NCBI GenBank assembly: GCA_016795245.1
Contig: JAEUIA010000097.1
Coordinates: forward strand, 20,267-84,266
Source: Planctomycetota bacterium
GTDB lineage: Bacteria; Planctomycetota; UBA1135; GCA-002686595
Length of the DNA stretch: 64,000 nt
Direction: 5' to 3'
The notes under the pieces are model-generated. The model saw only the letters and a list, made by a program, of their open reading frames with translations, searched no databases and was not told the origin of the DNA. Shown one piece after another: positions 18,075-26,313 of this stretch. A program made the position numbers and the translations under genes. The first letter of the stretch is position 1. Every line of letters begins with the position of its first letter.

Positions 18075-20729
18075 TCAGAGTTTGCTCGTGGGACGCGTCG
18101 TCGGTCCGAGCTGAGCGGGCGTAGGTTCGTGTTCTTGCGGGATCACGATCTCGGCCTTCAGCAGGATCAAGAGCTTGCGGTTGGACACGTACTGGCCCTT
18201 GCGCTCGAAGAAGAACGAGACGATCGGGATCTTGTTCAGGATCGGGACGCCGGAGCGTTGGTCCTGCTTGTCGGACACGCGCAGGCCGCCGAGCATCACC
18301 GTGCCGCCGTCGGGCATCGGGATCGAGGTGCGCACGCGCTGGATCTCGACTTCGGGCAGCTGGATCGTGACCGAGTTCTGCGAACCTAGCGTCGTGACGA
18401 CCTCGCGGATCGGCCGGCGCAGGTTGGCGATCGTCGGGCGCAGTTCGAGCGTGATGAAGCGGCGATCGGCCGAGACGACCGGGCGCACGTCGAGCACGAC
18501 ACCGTCCTGGACGACGTTCACGATCGGGTTCGCGATCGAGGCCGCCTGCGCGATTTCGACGTCGAAATCCTGCACGTAGGCGACCTGGTTCAGGACCGAC
18601 AGGTTGCCGCGCGCGGTGTTGTGCACCGTGATGCGCGGGCTGGTCACCAGTTCCACGCGCTCGGACTTCGAGACCGCGCGCAAGATCAGCTGGAGCTGCA
18701 GGTCGTTCAGGTAGGTCCATTGGAACGAGAGGCCGCCCGAGTTCTGGACCACGTTCGAGTCGCCCAACGACGAGTCGTAGAGCTGCTCGACGCGCGCGCG
18801 CAGGTTGTCCTTGCCGCCGCGGTCGTAGAAGGCACCGAGGTCGGTGTTCTGGCCGATCTCGTTGCCGAGGTCCTGCTGCGTCGAGGCGTCACCGAAGTCG
18901 TTGAAGAACGCGTTCGTGCCGAGGCCCGGTTGACCGAGGCCGCGGAAATCGACGCCGATGTCTTCCAGGAAGTTGTCCTCGACTTTGAGGAAGCGCGCCT
19001 GGATGTCGACCATGATCCCGGTCGCTTCGCGCAAATCGTCGAGCAGTTTGAGGATCTGCTCGTGCACTTCCGGCGTCTGGTGCACGACCATCGTGCCGTT
19101 GGTGATGCGCAGCGAGTTCTGCGGGTCGTCGGCCCACGACTGCGGGGCGACGTTGTTGCGGATCAGATTGTCGAGTCCCGAGTCGGTGATGACGTTCGAT
19201 TCGCGCTCCGCGAGGTCTTCGTCCGCGAGTTGCACGCCGCCCGAGGGCGCCACGTTCATCTCGCGACCAGGGAAATCGGGGATCGGGTGGATCAAGTCGC
19301 GCACTTCGTAGTTGCGCAGGACTTGTCCGCCCTTCGTCTCATCCTTCGTGACGAACTTGACGACGCCGTCTTCGATCTTCCAGAACAGGTTCTCCTTGGT
19401 CTCGGAGATGAGGTCGAGCACGTTGCGCACGCTGCGCTCGTTCAAGTCGAGCTTGACCGTGCGCTGTTCGTCGTCGAGGTCGCTCTTGACCTTCGGGCTG
19501 AGCATGAAGTTCAGGCCCGTGATCTGCTGCAGGAAGGTGGCGATCTCGTCCAGCGACGAACCGTTGCCGTCCGTGCCGACGAACTTCGGCGTGAACTGCA
19601 CGGAATCGAGGCGGTCGAGCACCATCTGCTTCTCGGCCGACGTGCCGTGGTCGAGCGCGGCGAATTCCTGCGGCTTGCGCTGACTGACTTCCTTCCAACG
19701 CTTGGGATTGAAGTCGATCGTGGTCGTCTGGATGACGTTGGAGGTTTCGAGTTCCTCCATCGTGCGGATCCACTGCTCGCGGTAGTTGCGACGGTTCTCG
19801 CTGTCGGCCTTCGAGTGACGCGCGTCGCGCGCGATGCCGCGCAATTCGGTCGCGGCCTTGTTGCCCGGATCCTCGAGCAGGATCTGCGCGCACAACTGCT
19901 CGCACTTGGTGTAGTTCTCGCTCAGGAACGCGCCGTTGGCGTCGGAGTAGAGCGTGCGCAGCTTGTTCTCGCGGTACTGCGCTTCTTCGCGCGCCTTGCG
20001 GTCGCGCGCTTCCGCGGCGGCGGCCATCGCGCGTTGCTCTCCGGAAGCGCGGGCCTCGTCGGCCATGCGCAGCGCCATCTCGAGTTCGCCCGCGGCGACC
20101 TTCTGGTCGAGCGAGTCGGTCGCGATCAGCGGGTTGTAGCGCAGGATCATCTCGGCCTGGCGGAACTGCTCGATCGCGCGGTCGTAGTCGCCCGAGGCGA
20201 GCGCACTCTTGCCGCGCTGACGGGCGTCTTCGGCGGCCATGCGCGCCTGCGAGCGGCGCACCATCGCCTGCTCGGTCGCGTCCACGAGGAACGACGACGC
20301 ACCGGCGTACTTGTCGCCCATGAGCGCCTGGACCTTGCGCATCTTGTCGCGCGCGACCGTGCTGGTCGGGTCGATGTCCAGGGCGGCCGAGTACGCCGTC
20401 AGGGCGCCGGCCAGGTCGGCTTGATCCAAGAGGCGGTCGCCCTCCTGGATCGAGGCCTGCGACAGGAACGCACCCTGCTGGCGCAAGAGTTCGAGGCGCG
20501 CGGCGTCGCCGCTCAGGCTGCCCGGGTCTTGCGGTGCCATGGGACTCGCGGCTTCGACTACCGCGGAATCCTGGGGCGCCTCGAGCGGGTCCTGACGCGC
20601 TTCGAGCGGACCGGCGAGCGTCGTCGCGGCCTTGCCTTCGCGCGTCGGTTCGCTCGCGGGGTCGTGGGCGGTCTTGCAGGCGCTGGGAAGGGCCGCGAGG
20701 AGCGGCACAAGGATCAACCTCAACTGCAT
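18075..20729 (-). CDS. Secretin-family outer-membrane lipoprotein, paralogue of the downstream gene
   Basis: The ATG at 20729 gives MQLRLILVPLLAALPSAC (lipobox). The C-terminus GGTVMLGGLRVSDKQDQRSGVPILNKIPIVSFFFERKGQYVSNRKLLILLKAEI matches the secretin signature. There is a 48-bp gap to the next secretin gene. Confidence 0.8.
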   Translation of the reverse strand: MQLRLILVPLLAALPSACKTAHDPASEPTREGKAATTLAGPLEARQDPLEAPQDSAVVEAASPMAPQDPGSLSGDAARLELLRQQGAFLSQASIQEGDRLLDQADLAGALTAYSAALDIDPTSTVARDKMRKVQALMGDKYAGASSFLVDATEQAMVRRSQARMAAEDARQRGKSALASGDYDRAIEQFRQAEMILRYNPLIATDSLDQKVAAGELEMALRMADEARASGEQRAMAAAAEARDRKAREEAQYRENKLRTLYSDANGAFLSENYTKCEQLCAQILLEDPGNKAATELRGIARDARHSKADSENRRNYREQWIRTMEELETSNVIQTTTIDFNPKRWKEVSQRKPQEFAALDHGTSAEKQMVLDRLDSVQFTPKFVGTDGNGSSLDEIATFLQQITGLNFMLSPKVKSDLDDEQRTVKLDLNERSVRNVLDLISETKENLFWKIEDGVVKFVTKDETKGGQVLRNYEVRDLIHPIPDFPGREMNVAPSGGVQLADEDLAERESNVITDSGLDNLIRNNVAPQSWADDPQNSLRITNGTMVVHQTPEVHEQILKLLDDLREATGIMVDIQARFLKVEDNFLEDIGVDFRGLGQPGLGTNAFFNDFGDASTQQDLGNEIGQNTDLGAFYDRGGKDNLRARVEQLYDSSLGDSNVVQNSGGLSFQWTYLNDLQLQLILRAVSKSERVELVTSPRITVHNTARGNLSVLNQVAYVQDFDVEIAQAASIANPIVNVVQDGVVLDVRPVVSADRRFITLELRPTIANLRRPIREVVTTLGSQNSVTIQLPEVEIQRVRTSIPMPDGGTVMLGGLRVSDKQDQRSGVPILNKIPIVSFFFERKGQYVSNRKLLILLKAEIVIPQEHEPTPAQLGPTTRPTSKL

Positions 20730-21670
20730 GGGATCACAGACCTTCCTGATGGTCGCGCGCGGGGGCGCGGAAGAAGCTAGAGACAAACGAGGTGTTCGAG
20801 CACGCGCTTCCGAAACACGGCACTCGCGCCGCGCCGGAATTCGCTGAACAGAACACGATCGCGCGCGTGCGCGACCCAGAGGGGGGATTGGAGATCAACG
20901 GTGGGCAGGGGGGGGACGATCGATGAGCAGGCTTCGGGGCCGGACCCCGAGGAAGCTGTCCTCATCGCGAGAAACCAGGCCGATTCGATTCAGAAGAGTT
21001 GGTACCGGAAGCCTCCGCAAAGTGGCGTCGCGCGGTCGTCGGAGGCACCCGCGCGGAGTGCGTCCCGAGCGTTGGTTCCCACGCGTGGAACAGAGCGGAA
21101 CTTCCTGATGTGGGCCCGGTTGGGGGCAGAGCGGTCCGGGAGGATAGCGAGCACTCCGAAGTGGGTCAACGCTTCGAAACGTTCGCTGAACAAGCCGGAA
21201 CTCTTCCACGAGTCGCAGGAGCGGGACGCGGAAGAGCAGGGGCCGACTACCGCGGGCGGCTCTCCCGGTTACCTGCTTCCTACCGCACTCTCTGCGTGTT
21301 GAGCCGCACACCCGCGCACTCGACCCGCTCTTGGGAAGGACACTGGCTCCTCTCGCTGGTCTCGCGCGGATCGACCCCTCCGCACCGGCCCAGGAACAGG
21401 CTGCATCGGATCGGGTACCTGTGCGCAAACGCCAGGAACGCGGCTTCGGTAGCCACGACCAGCGGAGACAGCCACTACCCCTTGGAATCTCAGTCCACAT
21501 ACGGGGCGTGATTCCCGGATGGGTAGGGGAACGAGGCGAACAGCCTGCCTACGGAGCCCGCGGCCGCAGCTTTGGAGGTGAGGCGAAGCGTTGCGGCGCC
21601 GCACGCGAGACGCCGGTTCTCGCGATGCAAGTTCCTACATATTCAGCTTTGTGCAGCGAATCTTCGACGT

Positions 21671-22597
21671 CTAGGAGTTCGCCTTGGGGTCGATTCCCAG
21701 CACTCCCATCGCCAGCTGGATGTCCTTCCAGCACTCTTTCTTCTCTCCGGGACTGCGCAACAGGTAGGAGGGATGGAAGGTCGGCACGACCTTGCGCCCC
21801 CCGATCTCGTGCACCTGCTGGCGCATCGCGCCCATCGGCGCATCGACCTTCAGGACGTGCATCGCCGCGTGCCGCCCGAGCGGGATCAGGACCTTGGGAT
21901 CGATCAATTCGATCTGGCGGTCGAGCCAGGGCGTGCAGGTCGTCTTTTCGGCCGGCGTGGGCGGGCGGTTCTCGGGCGGGCGGCATTTGAGCACGTTGGC
22001 GATCGCCACTTCCTGGCGTGGGATGCCCATGCCCTTGGTGATGATGTCGGTCAAGAGCTGCCCGGAGCGGCCGACGAAGGGCACGCCGCTCTTGTCTTCC
22101 TCCGCGCCCGGGGCTTCCCCGATGAACATCACGCCGCGTTCGGCGCGCCCGTCCATGAAGACCGTCTGGGTGCGCGTCTCGCACAGCGAGCAGGCTTCAC
22201 AGGCGGCGACGCGCGCGCGCAACTCGGTCAGATCGCGCGCGGCGGCGGCCTGCTCGGCCACGTCGCGCGCGCTGCGGGCGGGGGCCGGGCCGGTGCTGTT
22301 GGACGCGCTTCGGCCTTGAGCCGCGGCGGACGGAGTTGCGCCGTGCGCGGGGCCCGTCGACTCGGTCTGCCGTGCGCGCGGTTTTTCGGGCGGCGTCGCC
22401 TGGGGGAGCGCGCGCGGAGGCACCGGCTTGGACTCGATCTGGGGTGTCGCGGGCCGCGCCGGCTTGGAGGGACCTCGGCGACCGAGGGCCTGTCCGCGGC
22501 GCGCGGCGCGCGACAATCCGTGAGCCAGGCGCTCGAATTCGCCCTCGGGATCGCGTGCTTCCTCGTTCCCGTCCGGTCGTTTGTCCTGGCGGTCCAT
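21671..22597 (-). CDS. Uracil-DNA glycosylase, family 4, with a Pro/Arg/Ala-rich N-terminal extension
   Basis: The C-terminal ~190 aa read [19 protein letters not shown]...[27 protein letters not shown]...[13 protein letters not shown]...HPSYLLR. An ATG start is at 22597. Confidence 0.88.
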   Translation of the reverse strand: MDRQDKRPDGNEEARDPEGEFERLAHGLSRAARRGQALGRRGPSKPARPATPQIESKPVPPRALPQATPPEKPRARQTESTGPAHGATPSAAAQGRSASNSTGPAPARSARDVAEQAAAARDLTELRARVAACEACSLCETRTQTVFMDGRAERGVMFIGEAPGAEEDKSGVPFVGRSGQLLTDIITKGMGIPRQEVAIANVLKCRPPENRPPTPAEKTTCTPWLDRQIELIDPKVLIPLGRHAAMHVLKVDAPMGAMRQQVHEIGGRKVVPTFHPSYLLRSPGEKKECWKDIQLAMGVLGIDPKANS

Positions 22598-22663
22598 GGC
22601 GGCGATCGTAACGCCGCAGGCGCGCGTTCACCATGCGGCACGGTTGCTCGAAAGGCGCGCTCC

Positions 22664-23983
22664 GTGTCTCATGCACGCGTGCAGAACTCCCGACGATCCG
22701 CGCCGGCTCTCGCGAGCGCAGCCCTGCTCTTCGCGGCGGCCTGCGGCCCGTCCACGGAATCCGTGATCACCGCCCAGGATCCCGGAGCACAGCCAAAGGT
22801 CAGCGTGGCCGCGCGCGTGCACGCGCACTCGCCCCGGCTCGACCGCTTGCGCGCCGCGCTCGACCGCGGCGCGCTCGACGAAGCCCAGGAGTACAGCGAC
22901 GCCGCGGAAAACGCCGGAGCGGAAGCGCCGCTCCTGCGCGCGCGACTCCTGGCGTTGACTCCGGCGGGCACGTTGGAAGCGCTGCGCCTCCTCGAAAACG
23001 CGCGCACGCAGTCGCCCCTGGACCCCGATGTCTACGCCACCGCGGCCGAGATCTACGCGGGCACGGGTGCGTTCGACACCGCCTGGAGCGAGATCGAGCG
23101 CGGCGTCAAGGCCTGCGGCGAGGCCGCGGAATTTTCGCGGGCGCGCGGCATCGTGTGGATCGCGCGCGAGAACGGCGCGCGCCGGGGACTCGAACATCTA
23201 GAGAAGGCGCGCGCGATCGATCCCGATCTGCCCTTCACCGACCGCGCATTGGCCCAGGCGCACCTCTTGGTCGCGAAGCTCGAGATGCAGGCGCAGAAAA
23301 AGAAGCGGGCGCTCGAACACGCGCGCTTGTCCTTGAACTTCGATCCCACCGATGTCGACGCGCGCCGGTTGCTCGCGGACCTGTACGCGGAAGCGCTGGA
23401 TTTCACCGCTGCGATCGCGCTGATCGAAGGCCTGGTCCAAGAGGGCCGGCCCTTGCGCGGCGAACTGGCGGCGCTGCACAAGAAGGCCGGTGTCGCGGCG
23501 CTGCTCGAGCGCGACCGCGCGCGCGCGCTCGAACATTTCGTCGCGGCGCGCGAGAACGGCATGAACGCGACCGACCTCGCGAGCGGCACGCACGTGCTCG
23601 AAGACGAATCGCGCGCGCGCACGCAACTCGGGCTGCAAGCCTACGAAGAGGGCCGCTACGCCGCGGCGGAAGAGAACTTCCGCGCCGCCGTGCGCTTCGA
23701 TCCCGAATCGCTCGCGCCGCGCAACCACCTCGCCGTCGTGTATTACCGCGCGCAGCAGTACCTGCCGGCGGCGGAACTGTGGCGCGGCGTGCTGTCGGAT
23801 GCGGAAAAAAGCGGCGTCGAATTGCCGGATCCGGTGCACCTGAACCTGGCGTCGGCATTGAAGGCCGCCGGGGAGCAGGGCGAGGCGCGCGCGGTCGTGG
23901 ACGAGTACCTGAAGCTCCATCCGACGGGCGTGTGGCGCGACCAGACGACGCGCTTCGCGGAATCCTTGGAAACGCCGCGTTGA
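22664..23983 (+). CDS. TPR-repeat lipoprotein
   Basis: The real part of track ORF 21572..23983. The in-frame GTG at 22664 gives VSHARVQNSRRSAPALASAALLFAAACGP (lipobox AAC). TPR-like helices follow (YATAAEIYAGTGAFDTAWSEIERG..., HLAVVYYRAQQYLPAAELW...). The upstream part of the ORF is antisense to the UDG gene. Confidence 0.7.
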   Translation: MSHARVQNSRRSAPALASAALLFAAACGPSTESVITAQDPGAQPKVSVAARVHAHSPRLDRLRAALDRGALDEAQEYSDAAENAGAEAPLLRARLLALTPAGTLEALRLLENARTQSPLDPDVYATAAEIYAGTGAFDTAWSEIERGVKACGEAAEFSRARGIVWIARENGARRGLEHLEKARAIDPDLPFTDRALAQAHLLVAKLEMQAQKKKRALEHARLSLNFDPTDVDARRLLADLYAEALDFTAAIALIEGLVQEGRPLRGELAALHKKAGVAALLERDRARALEHFVAARENGMNATDLASGTHVLEDESRARTQLGLQAYEEGRYAAAEENFRAAVRFDPESLAPRNHLAVVYYRAQQYLPAAELWRGVLSDAEKSGVELPDPVHLNLASALKAAGEQGEARAVVDEYLKLHPTGVWRDQTTRFAESLETPR

Positions 23984-24019
23984 ACGGCGGATCGCCGCGT
24001 CATACCTTCCGGGTCACCC

Positions 24020-24796
24020 ATGGCGAAGCGCCGACCCAGCCTGCTCAACGCGTTCAAAGCGGCCGACATCGATCGGCCCGAGAACAAACCCGTGCCCGCG
24101 CCCGCACCGCTGCGGCCGCCGCCGAAGCGCGTGGAAGTGCGCGCCGACGAAGCGATCCCGGTGCGCCCGGCCGCACCGCTCCCGCCGCAGCGCCCGCCGC
24201 CGCGCCGGGCCGGTACGCACGCCGATCCGCCTGCGCCGCTCCCGCCTCTTTCGCGCGGGCGCCTGCTCATGCTGTCGGTCGTGGGTGCGGCGATCTTGTT
24301 GACCGTGATCCTGGTGCTCAAGTTCACGAACACCTCGGAGAACGTCTCGGCCGCCGATCCGTCCGCGGCGCGGCAGCCGGAGGAGCGCGCCTCGCGCTCG
24401 GAAACGGCACCTGCGCGCCCGGTGGAAGCTGCCCCCTCGACGGCCGCGACGCACCCGGCGCTGGACATGACCGTCGGGCACACGGACGACGACCGGGCCT
24501 TCCTGGACCCGAAAAATCGCTTCACGGTGCGCCTCGCCCAGTACGCGAACGACGCCAACGGGGTGCGCCTCGCGCGCGAGGCCTACAAATACCTGCGCGG
24601 CGAGGGCGTGCCGATCGTGCAGCCGATCCAGAGCGGGAATGGCGACCACATCTACCTGTGCGCCGACGCCCGGGCCAAGAAGGACGATCTGGTGGGATTG
24701 TGCGAGTACATCAAGCGCTTGCGCGGGCCGGGCGGCCAGAAGACGCCCTTCCACGACGCCTACATCGACAACATCGAGCACCTGTTGAAGCGCTGA
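24020..24796 (+). CDS. Membrane-anchored protein with a Pro-rich linker and a SPOR-like C-terminal domain
   Basis: 258 aa. It has a single TM (LLMLSVVGAAILLTVILVL). The C-terminal block FTVRLAQYANDANGVRLAREAYKYLRGEGVPIV...IYLCADARAKKDDLVGLCEYIKRL resembles SPOR peptidoglycan-binding domains. This assignment is from recollection, not an HMM. Confidence 0.6.
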   Translation: MAKRRPSLLNAFKAADIDRPENKPVPAPAPLRPPPKRVEVRADEAIPVRPAAPLPPQRPPPRRAGTHADPPAPLPPLSRGRLLMLSVVGAAILLTVILVLKFTNTSENVSAADPSAARQPEERASRSETAPARPVEAAPSTAATHPALDMTVGHTDDDRAFLDPKNRFTVRLAQYANDANGVRLAREAYKYLRGEGVPIVQPIQSGNGDHIYLCADARAKKDDLVGLCEYIKRLRGPGGQKTPFHDAYIDNIEHLLKR

Positions 24797-24865
24797 GGCA
24801 CTTCTGCGGTAGCCGCGGGTTGCCTCTGGCCCGGTGCCGGCGCGCCTGCTAGGATTTTCGGCCCT

Positions 24866-25147
24866 ATGTCCATCCACTCCAGCCTCCGCGGCGTCGACAC
24901 CCTCAAGGGTGAGCGCAGCGTGTTCACGCGCACCGAGCGCATCGCCATCCTGAAGAAGGCCGGCAAGTTCAACGACGAGACCGCCAGCGTCTACGGGCTG
25001 CAGAAGGTCCGCACGCGCTACAAGGTCGCCGGCGCGAAGAAGGCGCCGAAGGCCGAAGCCGCCGCGGCTGCGGGCGCCGCCGCCAAGCCCGGTGCTGCTG
25101 CACCGGCCGCTGCCGCCGCCGCCAAGAAGCCGGCTGCGAAGAAGTAG
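24866..25147 (+). CDS. Small basic protein with an Ala/Lys-rich (histone-H1-like) tail
   Basis: 93 aa. MSIHSSLRGVDTLKGERSVFTRTERIAILKKAGKFNDETASVYGLQKVRTRYK resembles the short 'small basic protein' family as I recall it from PVC-group genomes. The tail is KKAPKAEAAAAAGAAAKPGAAAPAAAAAAKKPAAKK. Confidence 0.65.
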   Translation: MSIHSSLRGVDTLKGERSVFTRTERIAILKKAGKFNDETASVYGLQKVRTRYKVAGAKKAPKAEAAAAAGAAAKPGAAAPAAAAAAKKPAAKK

Positions 25148-25202
25148 TCGTCGTCGCCGCGCGCGTCTCGGCGTGCGGCGTGCGCCGTGCGTCGGCACGA
25201 GC

Positions 25203-25238
25203 GACGGATCGGCCGACGGATCGGCCGACGGATCGGTC
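25203..25238. repeat. 12-bp x3 tandem repeat (GACGGATCGGCC, third unit with 1 mismatch)
   Basis: Read directly: gacggatcggcc gacggatcggcc gacggatcggtc. It lies in the intergenic region between the small basic protein gene and queE. Confidence 0.9.
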
Positions 25239-25336
25239 GGCCAGGCCGTGCAGCGGCGTTCCAGAGCGCTCGCGCACACGCCTTCTTCGAGATTCGATTG
25301 CTTCCCGCGCTGCGTTCGTCGTCACACTCTCTGTCC

Positions 25337-26158
25337 GTGACCACGCCTACGACCTCCGCCCCGCTGCTCGAGGTCTTCGCCTCCATCCAAGGTGAAGGCC
25401 GCTTCGTCGGCGAAGCGCAGACCTTCCTGCGCCTGCGCGGTTGCCCGCTGCGCTGTCGCTGGTGCGACACACCGAACTCGTGGCGCCTGTCCGCGAACGA
25501 TCGCGCGCGCATCGCGCTCTCCGACGCGCCGCCGCGGCGCGATCCGAGCTGGGTGACTCCGTTTCAAGCCGCGTGCCTGATCGCCGAGGTCGAGCCGGGC
25601 GCGCCGCGCACGGTCAGCGTGACCGGCGGCGAACCGCTGCTGTGGCCGGAATTCGTGCGCGCGCTGAAGGCGATGATCGCGCCGCGCCGCTTGCATCTGG
25701 AAACCGGCGGCGGACATCCGCGCACACTGGCTTCCGTGATCGATCGCTGCGACCACGTGAGTTTGGATCTCAAGCTCGATTCCGACCTGGATGCGCCGGT
25801 CGAACTCGAACTGCCCGCCGGGTTCGATGCGCCCGGGATCACGGACGAGCGCGCGCCGCGGAGCGCCGAGGAATGGAAGCGCGCGCGCGAACAGTGTCTG
25901 GCGCTCGTGAGCGGTCGCGATGCGTGCGGCAAGGTCGTGGTGTCGGGCGGGCGCTCGCTCCAGGATTTCGTGCCGCTGTTCGACGAGGTCGAGGCCTGCG
26001 CGCCGGAATTGCCGCTCTACCTGCAGCCCGTGACGCCGCGCAACGGTGTGAAGGCGCCGACTGCGACCGAGATCGAAGCGGTCATGGAAGCGGCGCGCGA
26101 CCGCGATCTGAACGTGCGCGTCGTGCCGCAGATGCACCGGGCCATGGGCATCCCTTGA
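25337..26158 (+). CDS. queE: 7-carboxy-7-deazaguanine synthase (radical SAM)
   Basis: LEVFASIQGEGRFVGEAQTFLRLRGCPLRCRWCDTPNSW is the QueE-type CxxxCxxC cluster region. The in-frame GTG at 25337 is the likely start. The track start at 25187 lies in the repeat region. Confidence 0.85.
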   Translation: MTTPTTSAPLLEVFASIQGEGRFVGEAQTFLRLRGCPLRCRWCDTPNSWRLSANDRARIALSDAPPRRDPSWVTPFQAACLIAEVEPGAPRTVSVTGGEPLLWPEFVRALKAMIAPRRLHLETGGGHPRTLASVIDRCDHVSLDLKLDSDLDAPVELELPAGFDAPGITDERAPRSAEEWKRAREQCLALVSGRDACGKVVVSGGRSLQDFVPLFDEVEACAPELPLYLQPVTPRNGVKAPTATEIEAVMEAARDRDLNVRVVPQMHRAMGIP

Positions 26159-26313
26159 TCAGGCCCATGACCTGAAAGTGTCGTGGCGCTCGGCTCGAGT
26201 GCGGCGGGGCGTGGGTGAGCTTCGGATCGTGCACGCGCGCGGCACAGCGCACGGAGGCGCAAGCGTGAGCGCACGCTGGCGATGCGCCGCAGCCGGGCGT
26301 CCCTGGGCGCGCG

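Noticed and set aside
20901-21302. A 133-aa ORF (GTG start) inside the gene-free gap.
   Set aside because: Third-position GC is only modestly elevated by hand count, well below neighbouring genes. The product looks disordered and has no motifs or signal peptide. It is kept only as a note within the gap finding.
20730-21670. The large non-coding gap considered as RNase P RNA, tmRNA, SRP RNA or a tRNA.
   Set aside because: I scanned both strands by eye for hallmark strings: GAGGAAAGUCCGGGC, ACAGAA..CCGGCUUA, the GGGGCUGA...UCCACCA ends, GGAAGCAGCC and GGTTCGAATCC-type T-loops. I found no convincing match. A covariance-model scan is still needed.
21572-22663. The N-terminal 364 codons of ORF 21572..23983.
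   Set aside because: This part is antisense to the well-supported UDG gene and Arg-rich. The TPR lipoprotein most plausibly starts at the GTG at 22664, just after the divergent UDG start.
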